A program made the translations under genes and the position numbers. From positions 1-64,000 of IMG/VR virus record IMGVR_UViG_3300010885_037795: a stretch of DNA of 64,000 nucleotides. The stretch is one strand, 5' to 3'. Each line of letters starts with the position of its first letter. Position 1 is the first letter of the stretch. Of the stretch, positions 19,101 through 31,600 are shown in pieces. This DNA comes from an uncultured virus (IMG/VR IMGVR_UViG_3300010885_037795). Taxonomy: Duplodnaviria; Heunggongvirae; Uroviricota; Caudoviricetes. The notes under the pieces were generated by a model, which saw only the letters and a program-made list of their open reading frames with translations, had not been told where the DNA came from and made no database searches.

Positions 19101-19656
19101 CAACATTATTGATCTGTACTTGCTGACAAAAGTATATGCAACAGATTACCAAGCATGGATTCAAGACACGTCGGGCAAAGTAATCAAACCAACTGCGGCT
19201 AACAATGCCGAACTTAGCATTGAGTTTGGTGCATTGGAAAATATCAAAGCACTTAGCGACACAATCATTTATAATCCAGCACGATTCAAACCACTGTTTG
19301 GAGCCAAGGCAGATCCTGCACTTCGTGCCACATTTAAGGTTGTTAAAAATCCCAATGTGATTATCAGTGACAACGATGTCAAGACCACAGTGGTTGCCGC
19401 AATCAATCGATACTTTGACATTAACAACTGGGATTTTGGCGAGAGCTTTTATTTCAGTGAGTTAAGTGCATATTTGCATAATATATTGTTGCCTAACATC
19501 TCCAGTATTATTATTGTACCAACCAGCGCCCAACTTGGCTTTGGTAATTTGTATCAAATCAATGCCGAAGCTGATGAAATTTTAATCAGTGCGGCAACTG
19601 TGGACAACATAGAAGTAATACCAGCTATCACATCAAGTCAGCTGGGACAAGTTTAA
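16123..19656 (+). CDS. gp6: Baseplate wedge subunit (gp6-like), enlarged
   Basis: YDFETLR, ENFLDTAERRDSI..LA..ISYNP, FGDG, QNRMITGEDY and WDFGESFYFSEL motifs. Confidence 0.9.
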   Translation: MAITTRQTDLLVQQDWKKIYQTFQNADFTAYDFETLRKSMIDYLRTYYPEDFNDFIESSEYVALIDLIAFLGQSLAFRADLNARENFLDTAERRDSILKLARLISYNPKRNISSAGVLKFDAIQTTETLFDSQGLNLSNIPVTWNDPGNDNWQEQFYTVLNAAFVDSQVIGKPGGTGTIAGVKTDEYAINMLPNIVPTFKFESTVNGSLTKFELLSATTAGKEYIYEKDPKPTRIFNILYRNDNLGNDSINTGFFLYFKQGELKTLDFTLTERLPNRVVSVNVDNINNTDVWLYGLDSNGNINELWEKVPAVSGTNVIYNSSTNKNLYQINTRANDQIDLVFGDGALANVPQGSYRAFYRVSNGIGYRITPDEMQNIVLPIAYVNRNGRTEQLTIRCSLQSTVTNAQARETLDEIRTKAPQQYYTQNRMITGEDYNILPYTQFSSILKAKATNRSSSGVSRYLDTLDITGKYSSTNIFAQDGLLYRQESVDAVAFTNSASGNLLAVLKDQINNKLLNENNIPFSHFYYEKFGRFTTTDPVINGSLFYAVWIQMSLATGQSKGYLTLKQTYEDTLDAQGNVINSSVLPLPPLKLSSAASTALRFVTPGSIIVFAASNDVTNLPKCFDVDNKIKLGLPSVAGDKLYLYATVLSFQGDGTAGGILQPGDEGPVAISVYVPNGAVIKEIIPKIYNEVDDDTLRDAVALINSKKNLGIRYDSVAKLWKVVQPQNLKLTQTDSTLIANPAANSEYDITYAGDTAGLAQDSSWIIAFVNSINGYTIYYRQLNYVFESTRETKFYFDPRIRVYDTRTGTVLDDQIKILKINSQPNSTSAFFDDRTYFIYKMIVDADGYENTSKILLKFPDVNRDGVPDNPDIFREIVDPATNTANKYVYFEKTTGLYNFVKFVPIDGTTINTQYQIQGDIERNASLYLDGQIFYATTDDAFYVLSVTVSNGAVSRRAVLSQNYFRYQGRQQLYFQYRHNAPSTRRIDPAPNNIIDLYLLTKVYATDYQAWIQDTSGKVIKPTAANNAELSIEFGALENIKALSDTIIYNPARFKPLFGAKADPALRATFKVVKNPNVIISDNDVKTTVVAAINRYFDINNWDFGESFYFSELSAYLHNILLPNISSIIIVPTSAQLGFGNLYQINAEADEILISAATVDNIEVIPAITSSQLGQV

Positions 19657-19675
19657 CTAGGTAAAAGCAAACAAC

Positions 19676-22600
19676 ATGGCAATCATTAAAACAATAGATT
19701 TACTGCCGATAGTATTTCGATCAGACTCGAACAAAAAGTTCTTGTCGGCCACACTTGATCAATTGGTTTCCGAACCAAACTTCCAGCGAGTCAATGGTTA
19801 TATTGGTCGACAGTTTGCTCCAACATACAAAGCCGGCGACAGCTACATAACCGAACCTGATAAACTACGTCAACATTATCAACTTGAACCCAGTGTGGTT
19901 ATTCGTGACGACAGTAACAATATTCTGCATTACAGCAACTACCGCGACCTACTGAATCAATTAAAATATCACGGGGCCAATGTTACCAATCACGATCGTT
20001 TGTTTGCCAACGAGCAATATAACTTTGATGGCTCAATTGACTTTGACAAATTCATTAACTTCAGTCAGTATTACTGGTTGCCAAGCGGCCCACCGGAGGT
20101 AACAGTTACCGGAAGTAATTTCCGTAACATCTTGAACTACGATGTCAAGCGTGACACCGCAACTAATAGTTTTAAGTTCACTGGATTTAGCACCGACAGA
20201 AATCCACTAATCACTCTAGTGAGAGGAAATACATATACTTTCGATCTTAATTCATCAGGTAACAAGTTTTGGATTCAAACTCGTCCTGGTGTGGGCGGAA
20301 CACGTAGTGTTGAAGCTGAAGTTAACCAAAGAGACATACTAGGAGTTCAACGAAACGGTACTGATATCGGCCAAGTACAATTCTCTGTACCAGCGAGTGA
20401 TGCACAAGATTTTTATGCACGAGCACCATTGGCGACCAATGTTGACTTTGCAATTGGTGGCACATATCGATCTTTTCAAAATAACCTGTTAAACGTGATC
20501 AATTCACGCGGCGGGTTTGACGGTGTTATTGATAATATTGCCAACAAAACACTTATCTTCTTAACACGAGATGAAACAGCAGAAGATTGGACAGATCCAG
20601 GTAACTTTGACCTTGACAAGTTTGACCAAGGCCCACCTGAGTCAAGTGCAATCCCGTATGAAGCAGGTAATCTTGTGCCCGAAGCAGACCGTTACCAAGT
20701 ATGGCTGATCACACTAGTTGACGTTGGTGCCGGCCGCAAGGTTGTTAAATTAATTCCTCGCTATACTGTTAACACCAATGAAAAAGTTTATGTGCGCGAA
20801 GGTAAAACCAATGCCGGACTAGAGTACGTAAAAAATCGTAGCGGAAATTGGGACGAAGCACCAAACATCACAGCACCACTTGATACACTGTATTATCAAG
20901 ACAGCAAAAATCCATTAATGTATGGTACAATCAAGCTAATTGAACCTAATGCAAACTTTGTAAATGTTACTACAGAAATACTTGGTAAGAAAAACTACAC
21001 AAGTCCCAATGGAATTGTGTTCACAAATGGCCTTAGAATTACATTTGATTCTACTGCAACCCCTGTGGCATACATAGGAAATAGTTATATTGTTGAAGGA
21101 GTTGGTCGCGCAATTAAATTAATTAGTGCAACCAACTTGATTGTTCCTGAAGGATATGCAATCAGTGGGCTAACACAGCCTGATTATATCACTGTGAATA
21201 GAGCAAGCATTGATCAAAATCCGTGGAGTCGTAGCAATCGTTGGTTCCACAGTGCGTTAATCAACTTGAGTGCTACTTATAACAATGCACCTGATCAATT
21301 GATAGTTGAAGGACTAGTCAGAGCTACTCGTCCAATTATAGAGTTTGACTCAGATATCAAACTCTATAACTTTGGCACACAAGCCAAAGCCCCAATTGAT
21401 GTAATTGATTTCACAGTCACTGATGCATTTAATCAAGTTGAAGGCAAAACATCATACACTGTAAAATTACCTGGCGGTCAGGCGCCTAAAAAGTTAACAG
21501 AAGGCACACGAATTATATTTGCAAACGATATCGATCCTGATGTTCGTAATCGCATTTATAATGTCACTTTCATTACCACTGACACTGGCACACAAATTCA
21601 TTTGGTATCACTGAATACCACACTGTTGCCTACGTTCAAAGTTGATTCAATTGAAGTAGTGGACAGCAAGCCTTATACTTTTATTCCAACCGTGACACTT
21701 ACTTCGCCATTGCCAGGTCTTGGTGAAGAAACTGCTAATGCCCAAGCACTAATGAGCAACACCACTATTGCTTCCTTTAGTGTAAGCGGCGGCGGAACTA
21801 ATTATATCGCAACACCAGATATTCAAGTTGCAACAGCATACGATGTCCGTGCAAATACTACTGTGGTATTTGATACTACCAAAAAAATAGATTATGTACG
21901 TATCACTGAAGCAGGCACTGGATACTCGACTATTCCTACAATTACTATTGCGCATCCTGAGGCAGTGGTACGCACAAATGCAAACACCACAGTAGAAGGT
22001 AATTTTCTTAGAATGTCTGCGGTTTCGTCGGCGCTGGTCGGTAATTATATCATTGGCGAAGGCATGCCCGGAGGCAGCATTGTATCAAACGTAAACCTAA
22101 GTGATAACAATGTTGGATTTAGCATTCGTACCACTGTGACTTCTAGTGGTAATGAATATGTGTTCAAGACTCTGGGCACATTAGGAACCGATTATCATGT
22201 TCAAACAACTACAGAAGTTTTTACTGCGACACTGACACTAGACGACACAGCTCTAGCACACGAAGGCATGTATGTGTCTGGTCCACGTATTCCTTATGGA
22301 ACAGAAGTTCTAAAAGTAATTAGCCCCACTCAAATTGAAATCAGTCGCGAAGTGAGTACTACTATTGGAGACAAAGTTGTATTTGTTGGTCGTAGAGCCA
22401 CAGCAACTCCAAAAGTTGATGGCGGTAGAATTTTGGCAGTGACTGTTGATTATCCTGGCGCCGGGTATTTTGCACAACCATCCTACAGTATAACTGCTCC
22501 AGCGAGTGGACCAACAGCAACATTTTACCTAGTGATGTCGGACCAGTTTATTCGCTACATTACATTAGATACTGCTGGCAGTGGGTATCAGTTGACCGCT

Positions 22601-25600
22601 AACAACAGTGTGAATATAATAAACACTGTGTCCTCAGTTACCTCAACTGCAACAGTCAACGGAGCAACTCAAATTGAGTTTGCGACTGCAGATGAAATCA
22701 GCTCAGTTGGCGCCGGCTGGCTGTGTTTTTATGTAATTAAATCAGCAGCCGGCATAAAATACGGAGACTTTGCACTAAACACTTATACAGACCGTGCAAT
22801 AACTGGACCAGAACTTAAAGGAACAATATCAACTTATCGCGATTATATGGATATTGCATTAACCAGCTCGACTGTCTATACAGTAACAGGAGTTGATAGC
22901 AATGTAGTTAATCTTGACAAGGCAGTTGAAATACTTGACGAAGATGGAAATCTAATAGATCTCCCAGCCGGTAGTGAGTTGGTGTTTACTTGTCAAAGTA
23001 GATATTTCACTGATGACTTGACTGGTAGTGGCGCACCTGTTGGCGACTTTCAAACTTACCAAACTGCTGTTGACATTGACAGTAGTACAACTGTGCCGGT
23101 TTTAACAGCCCAGGGATTGCAACCCGGCATGCTGATCAGTGACGAATATGGATCAATACCGGATGGCATAAAAATTATTTCAGTTGATTACATTACCAAT
23201 ACCATTGTAGTGTCCGGTGAGCTACGAGTGAGTGCGAATACACCATTTAGAGTAAGTCAGTCTGCACTGGTAAAAGTTACATATCAACCATCCACAATTG
23301 AAAGTATTATTGTTACTGTGCCTGGTCGTGGTTACACCTCTGCTCCTTTAGTGACCATCCAGCCGACTGTGCCCGCAGTCACAGTAGTTGGTGAACAGTC
23401 TGAAACTACTGATTCATATTATGTTGTGGTTGAAAGCTTGGTGGGTATCCTAGTAGGCTCTAGGGTCACCAGCGACTACGACGGTTTTGGTATCGGTATA
23501 ACTGTAGGGGACACAATTCCTGAAGTGCAAGAACTGATTACCACAATTGATGCAGTTGGCGTCGAAACGTACAAGGTTCGACTGGATGTGCTCCAGCCAC
23601 CATTTATTTCTAGAAACATTACATTTACCTACGCTTCTGAAGCCATTGCCAGAGTTGCTCCAATTAACAACATTGATATAACATCAATTGACACCACACC
23701 TGATACATATGATGCAGGCAACAACGTACTGCTAACGACCCCTACGAATATTCAACAGTTGATAACTGATGTTCCGGTCTACCACGAATACTGGTACAAC
23801 GGCACCAGCTGGCAACCAGGTCAACAAAAAACTGGATATACACAATCTCCGTTGTTTGATATTTTCGATGATACCGGCGTTAGTGTAGCTGATGCCGACA
23901 GCTATCCTGGCAGTAAGTTCGTTGGCACTAAAATCTTTGGGTACAAAATTGGAACAGGATCAATTGATTCTGTACTTGGCGTTCCATTGAGCTACCGCAA
24001 TTTCCAGGCAGTTGGTGATATACAATTTCAGAATTACTGGGACACTGATCAGTTTAACTACCTAGTGGGATCTACGGAACAAACTGTTACTGTGAACACT
24101 TTTTATCTTAAAGAAACAAGCGCAGATGGGTCAGCATCATATCGAAATATCTGGAGAAAGACCAGCGAAAAAACACATCAATACCAGGTAATAAATCATG
24201 TGTTTGATGACCGTACAAATTATTTTGAAATTGATGTTTTACCAATTGATAGTTTAACTGTACCTTACATTAAAGTTTACCTTAACAACAATTTGTTAAG
24301 TGAAAGTAGTTTTTCAATTGAATCAGTTGGTGTACGTACCGCTGTGGTGATTGAACCTGCGCTGTTATCAACAGGTGCTAAAGTTGATATTAGAATTTAC
24401 AGCAATAGCATAAGCAAACTTGGCTATTATGAGATTCCGTCAAACCTTGATAACAATAGCTCAAACTCAAACTTTGAAGTACTAACACTAGGACAAATGA
24501 GAAATCATTATACCACCATGGCCGAAAACAATTACGGTCTCGAGGGTGTTGTGCTAGGGTCTAATAATGTACGTGACATTGATATAAAAAGCTGGGCTGG
24601 TAGTATCCTACAACACGCCAGTCCAATTCCATTGGCAAACGTGTTCTTATTGCAACGAGAGTTTAATCTAGTAGAAGCAGTTGAGCTGGCACAAAAAGAA
24701 TATACCAAGTTCAAGAATAGATTTTCAGAACTTGCGATTACACAACAAAACACAATTCTAGATATTCCAAAGGCAGTTGATGCAATACTTGAGCAGATGA
24801 ATTCTGCCAAGAGCACATACTCACCGTGGTACGATAGCGATATGTTACCGTGGGGCACCAAATACCGCACTGAATTATTGTATCCTGTTATCAACGTGCA
24901 ACAACGCATTTATCAGATTCCAACTTTTTATGATGACAAACTAGTTTCAAATCGTGCGGTACTGGTATATCTAGTCAACAAAGTAACTGGCGAAGATCGA
25001 CTGCTGGTTAAAGATACTGATTACTCATTTAGCACAACCACTGCGGGCATACTGTTGTCAGACAGTTTGTTATTAACCGTTAACAATGTTGTAAAGGTAT
25101 TGTACTTTAATTCCACTGAAGGCAATTATGTACCTGAGACACCAACCAAACTAGGATTATATCCAAAGTTCAAGCCTCAGATATTTGAAGATACCACATA
25201 TCAAAATCCTGTGCGAGTTATACAAGGACACGATGGCAGCTTGACTCCGGTGTTCAATGATTTTAGAGATCAGATGTTGCTAGAAATTGAAACTAGGATC
25301 TACAACAACATCAAAGTCAACTATGCTGAAAACATTTTTGATCTATACGAATTTATTCCGGGCAAGTTTAGAAAAACAGCATATGATCGAAAAGAGTTCA
25401 CTCGTGTGCTTACCAAGAACTTCTTAAAATGGTTGGGAACCAATCAAGTTGATTATGCTGACAGCAGTTTTTTCCAGAGTAACAATGCATGGACATGGAA
25501 CTATAAGAAATTAAAAGATCGTATTGATGGCGAAAATCTACCAGGATTCTGGAGAGGAATTTATCAATACTTCTACGACACAGACCGCCCAAATCTAATG

Positions 25601-28600
25601 CCGTGGGAAATGTTGGGCTTTAGTGAGCGCCCAGACTGGTGGGTGGCACGTTATGGCAATGCTCCGTACACTGGTGGTAACAATGTATTGTGGGCGGACC
25701 TAGAACAAGGTTATATCTACAGCGGCTCACGTACAGGAATAGATCTGCGTTTTGCAAGACCTGGCTTGAGTAAACTAATCCCTGTTGATGAGTACGGTTT
25801 ATTGATTAGTCCTGAAAAACTATTTCCTAAACAGTTCAATGGTAGAAACCTTGGCGGAGCATTTGCCATTGGCGATCAAGCACCTGCTGAAACTGCATGG
25901 CGTCGTAGCAGTGATTTTCCTTATGCAATGCAAATTGCATTGATGCTAACAAACCCTGCTTACTATTTTGGTAGCCTGGTCAACACACATGCTTACTATC
26001 GTAATATCAACTTGGATCAATTGGTAGTCAGAAATAACAAACAGCGACTTACTAAAGACACTGTTGAAATCCCTAACGTTGGATCCAATGGAGATCCAGT
26101 TGTTCACACCTCAGGTTATATCAATTGGGTGAGAGATTTCTTAGTGAATCGCGGTATTGACCCAGCGCCTAAGATTAAATCATATTTGAAAAATGTCAAT
26201 GTAAATCTCAGCTATGCAACAGCTGGATTTGCGGATAAAAATTATCTAAATGTATTGGCAGAACAAGGTTCTCCTACCTACAACAATGAAAGTGTAATCA
26301 TACCCGACGAAAATTACGAAGTATATCTGCATAAGAGTGCTCCGGTTAATCGTGCGGTTTATAGCGCAGTCATAATTGAAAAAGGCGACAACGGATGGAA
26401 AGTAACCGGATATGATTTGGCTAATCCTTACTTTACTATTGTACCAAGTGAAGCTCAAGGCCGCAGTTATCAAATTAGCGTGGCTGGTACTGGTGCAACA
26501 ATCTACAGAGATTATCGTTCTGTAAAAATTACTGTGCCTTATGGTCACGAGTTCAACAGTCGTCAACAAGTTGTTGACTTTTTGGTTGCCCACGGTCGTT
26601 ATATGGTAAGTCAAGGATTTGTGTTTGACACCATGAACAACGATATGGCATCCAAGCAAGATTGGATATTGAGTGCAAAAGAATTCCTGACCTGGAGTCA
26701 GCAAGGGTGGCAGTCAGGAAACATTCTTGTACTAAGTCCTGCATTTAACAACCTCAAAGTTCAAGGTGCAATGAGTGTGGTTGACTTTGTTGAGAACCGC
26801 ACCAGTGGCAGCAAAGTACTAGATCAAAATTTCCAAATTATTCGAAACAACCAGTTCTCAATCACTAGATCAGACAATGTGTTTACATTCACAGCAAACT
26901 TTGGGCAGACCATTGGCTATGCTGAATTTAATCTAGTGCAGTACGAGCACATCTTGGTGTTTGATAACGAAACAGTGTTCAATGACGTGATCTACAAACC
27001 AGCTGAAGGTATCAGACAATTCCGGTTCAAGCTGGTTGGAAACAAAACTGGTAACTGGACAGGTGCATTGAATCCTCCGGGATTCATGTACAATTCCACT
27101 ACCATCCAGACCTGGAAAGCTGATATAACATATAAAAAGGGCGACTTTGTTGATGTCAATGGCATTGTGTACCTTGCATTGATTGACATTGACGCCACGC
27201 AAAAATTTGAGTTCAGCAGCAGCTGGCAAGAAGTAAATCGCAAAGATATCAAAACAGGCTTGCTACCTAACTTTGCATCTCTGGCGCAAAAGTTTGAAAA
27301 TATCTATGACGTGGACAATTTGCCAGCCGCTGAAGATCTGCGCAAGTTTAGTAACGGGTTGATTGGATTCCGCCAACGTCAATTCTTTAGTGACTTTAGT
27401 CTAAGCGATGAATCTCAAGTGAAGTTTTACCAAGGCTATATTACACAAAAAGGAACACTAGATTCTATCACTGCACTTACCCGAGCAACTTTTAACAATA
27501 TCACCAGTGAGATTGAGGTGTTTGAAGAGTGGGCAGTTCGTGTCGGTGAATATGGTGCGTTAGACAGTGACCAGTCTGTTGAAGTATTATTAAAAGAATC
27601 ACAACTGACAGATGATCCAACCACACTAATACTATTGGATAATGCTGACGCCGACGTGCCAGGCGCAGTGCCTATTCGTACCAACGATATGTATCAAATT
27701 CCAGTAGACTACAGTAAAAACATTATTCCTACTAGAGCCAGTTACCAGCCGCAGATCACTGATTTTGTTACTGCTGGTTATGTTAACCTTGATGATATCA
27801 ATGGTACTATCTTTGATATACAAAATTTCAGTGAGTTAGTGAATGTGTTGCCAGACATTGGCAGTGGATATAAACTATGGGTAGCTAAAGATTTCAGCAG
27901 TAGCTGGAACGTGTATCGTGTTACAGAAACTAACAACCTAGTAACCAGCTTGACATATAACCTAGACAATTTTATGATTGTGGGGTTTGATAACCCGCAC
28001 GATTTTGTTGTTGGTGAAGTAATGGGTATCAAAGGATTTGATACAGATTTTGATGGATTCTATCAAGTGATTGGTATCGATGGACTTAAGAGTGTTCTGA
28101 CTATTGCCACTAGAAATATTGATGTTCTAAAAAGTGCGCAAACAATAACAGACACAGGTGTGTTGTTTAGATTAAAATCAGTACGATTTAATCTAGCCAG
28201 CGACATCAACAACTTCACTCCACCAAACGGGTGGAAAGATGCTGATCGCGTTTGGATTGATAACAATGATGCGATCAACAGTTGGGCAGTGTACCAAAAA
28301 GCCAATGCATGGAAAACTGCTGGAAATCTAGTACTACGCCCAGGCGAGTACACATCTGACGAAGGATATGGTCGTGCAGTTTCTACCAACTATGACAACA
28401 CACTGTTAATGGTTGGATCACCGTTGAACAACTCTGGACAAGTTGCCAAGATTAATATTTCTGATCCTGGGCAAAACTATGGATCTACTGTAGTTTCTTT
28501 CTCTTACCCAGATCGTGAAACTGGTGGAATACGTGCTCAAGGAACTGCACTTCGCGAGTCCGGCACAATCCTACAAGCCAATTTGGTAACCGGTGGGTCG

Positions 28601-31600
28601 GGATTTACAAAAATTCCAACAGTGATTATTTCAGATTTTAGCAATCTAACTTCAACCTCTACTAGAGTTGGTTCACCGTATGTTAACGTTGCTAGTACAT
28701 CAACGCTAAAGGTTCTTGACCGCGTGACATCTGCAAACCTTGCCAATGTATCTAACACTGTGGTTACAGAGATTGTAAGCACAACAAATGTAAGATTGAA
28801 TGCCGCTACAACAATTTCTACAGGCGACTGGGTCAGATTTGATCGTGGCACGAACGGAAACGTACAAGCAAGATTAACTCCGACCAGTATTGCTAGTATT
28901 AGCATTATCAATGGTGGGTCGGGTTATGTAACTGCACCAGCGATTGAAATAATCGGCGGCGGTGGCACAGGCGTGGTTGCCAACACTGTGATCACAGCTG
29001 GAGTAATCACTGCTTGCTATGTTATTAGCAACGGGGCAGGATTCACTGAGCCGCCGGCTGTTCGGGTGATATCACCCACTATTAGTCTTGCCACTAATCT
29101 AGTTGCGGTACTGACTTCCACTAGCGTAGCATCACTAGAAGTTATTAACAAAGGACTATCTATAGAAAGTTCTTATTCCGGATACAGCTCTAATGCCACA
29201 ATAGCAATCACTGCGGTAGCAGGAGACACAGGCGTTGGCGCAACTGGTAATATTCGTGTAAGCTACCTAAGCATTGGTGGAATTGAAATTTCAGTGCAAG
29301 GACAGGGTTACCTTGAACCACCGTCTATTACAATAACTGACTTGACTGCGGTAGGAACTGGGTTTGCTGCCAACACTGTGTTAACAACCGGTGTAGTTAA
29401 AACATTCTTGAGAAATAAAGAAACACTAGCATATAGCCAAATTGATACGATTCGTGCATTTGGCCCAGACGCCGGAGAATTTGGCGCAGATATTAAAATG
29501 GGAGTTTACTCAAGTGCAATTGGTGCACCGGGTAGTTTTTCTGATCGGGGTACAGTCACACTATTTCAATTTGCCGGAGGAGTAAGTTGGAATACTCAAC
29601 AAATTTTACAACCAGTATCAACAAATGCCGGCGCAAGATTTGGTGAAAGTGTTGCAATGAGCAAAGATGAAAATTGGTTGTATGTTGGCGCACCGGGTAT
29701 CAACCGAGTGTATGCATACGCACAAAAACAAACATCATTGTCTAGAACAACTATTACACTGGCCGGTGGCGCATCTACTTACTTTATAAATCTTCCTGGG
29801 GCAACTCAAACAGCTGAAGTTTCTATTGTTGGTGACAGTGGTAAAGTGTACCAACCAGGCCTGGAGTTTTCGTTGATTGGTAGCACACTGTCGTTTGTTA
29901 GTTTAGCTGTACTAGCAAGAGATACCAAGTTGTTTGTGGCACAACAGAGCAACACAACAACAATTAGATGCAATACTTCGATCACCACCTATGCACTGTC
30001 GAGTCTTCCAGAATCTGTGGACGCAATAACAGTAATTGATTCATCGGGCCGCATATTTGTTCCACAAGCCGAATATTATCTAAATGGGCAAAATCTTGTG
30101 TTCCGTAACTCTGCCGAGCTTGTTGCAGTAACCATCACAGTGCGACCATTATTGACCTACTATACATTGATGGGCACTATTGCACCACCTGAAACAATTG
30201 AAAGTTCTGCAAAGTTTGGCGCATCATTGGCAACTACAGAATACGGATATCAACTGTTGATTGGTGCACCGGATGCCAGCGTCAATGGCGTTATCCGTGC
30301 AGGTCGTGCATATGCGTACGATAGAAATTATGAATTGTTCCAGGCATTTGGTAACAATCGAAGCTTTAATGCTCGCGAGGCCCTTAAACAAGTAACACGA
30401 GTAACAGTCGACGGCATTGCTAAAGTTGAGTCTGTTGACTACACTAAATCTGGGTCAACAATCGTGTTTGATGCTATTCCTGACAGCGGAAGTTTGGTTA
30501 GAATTGATCTTAACGATTTCAACTTGATCCAAAAACTAACTCCACCAGATCCAGTTACACAAGGAAGATTTGGTGCTAGTGTTACCATCTCTGACGATAA
30601 CACAGGTTTATTTGTTGGATCCCCGGGATACAACCTTCCAGGCTACTACTTTGGGTCAGTGTATCGTTATGTCAACCGAGGCAAAGTATACGGTGATGCA
30701 GCCAGCACAATCTCAACTGCTAGCATTTTGTTGGCTGTTGGCGACACTATACGTATCAACGAACAACACGTATCTGTTGGTCTCACATCTGGGGAAGATT
30801 TTATCAATCAGATTAATGCTATTGGTATTCCGGGTGTGGTTGCTGCCAACATCAATGGTAATGTGGTTATCACTGGGGATAATGTTTTAACAAATAACAA
30901 ACTGGATATTTTACCTAGTGACGGTGCAGTACTGGCCGACTTAGGATTGTCAGTTTACAGTTACATCCAAGAAATTCGCCACCCAGGTGTGGGTAACCCA
31001 GAACGATTTGGCTCTAAGATTAAAATTAGTGACAATCTTGAGACATTGGTAATCAGCAGTGAGCAAGGCGCTACTCTTAAGATTACCACGTTTGATGAAC
31101 TAACAACTACATTTGACAAAACAACCACATCATTACTTGACGCACTTAAACAAGCCGGTGCAGTATATGTGTATGATTTCTTGAGCGTACCAAATGACAG
31201 TTTAGCGCAACCTTCACAATTTGTTTTTAGTCAGGTGTTGCAAAATGCGTACATCAATGCAAGAGACAATTTTGGATCAAGTCTTGACATCAACAAAGAT
31301 GTGATTATCATTGGTGCAGAATTCAACGATAACTTTGGTAACAACACTGGACTAGTACACATATTCACCAACCCTGACTTGAAGAAAAGCTGGACAGTCA
31401 CACGCAATCGCACAGACAAAGTTGACACCAATCATGTTAACAAGATCTTTGCCTACGACACCCGCACACAAACGATTGTGGCTCAATTTGATTATCTTGA
31501 TCCTGTTAAAGGAAAAATACTTGGCGTGGCAGATCAAGACATTGATTATAAAACAGTAGATGATCCTGCAACATACAATCTTGGCGCCGAAGCTCGCGTG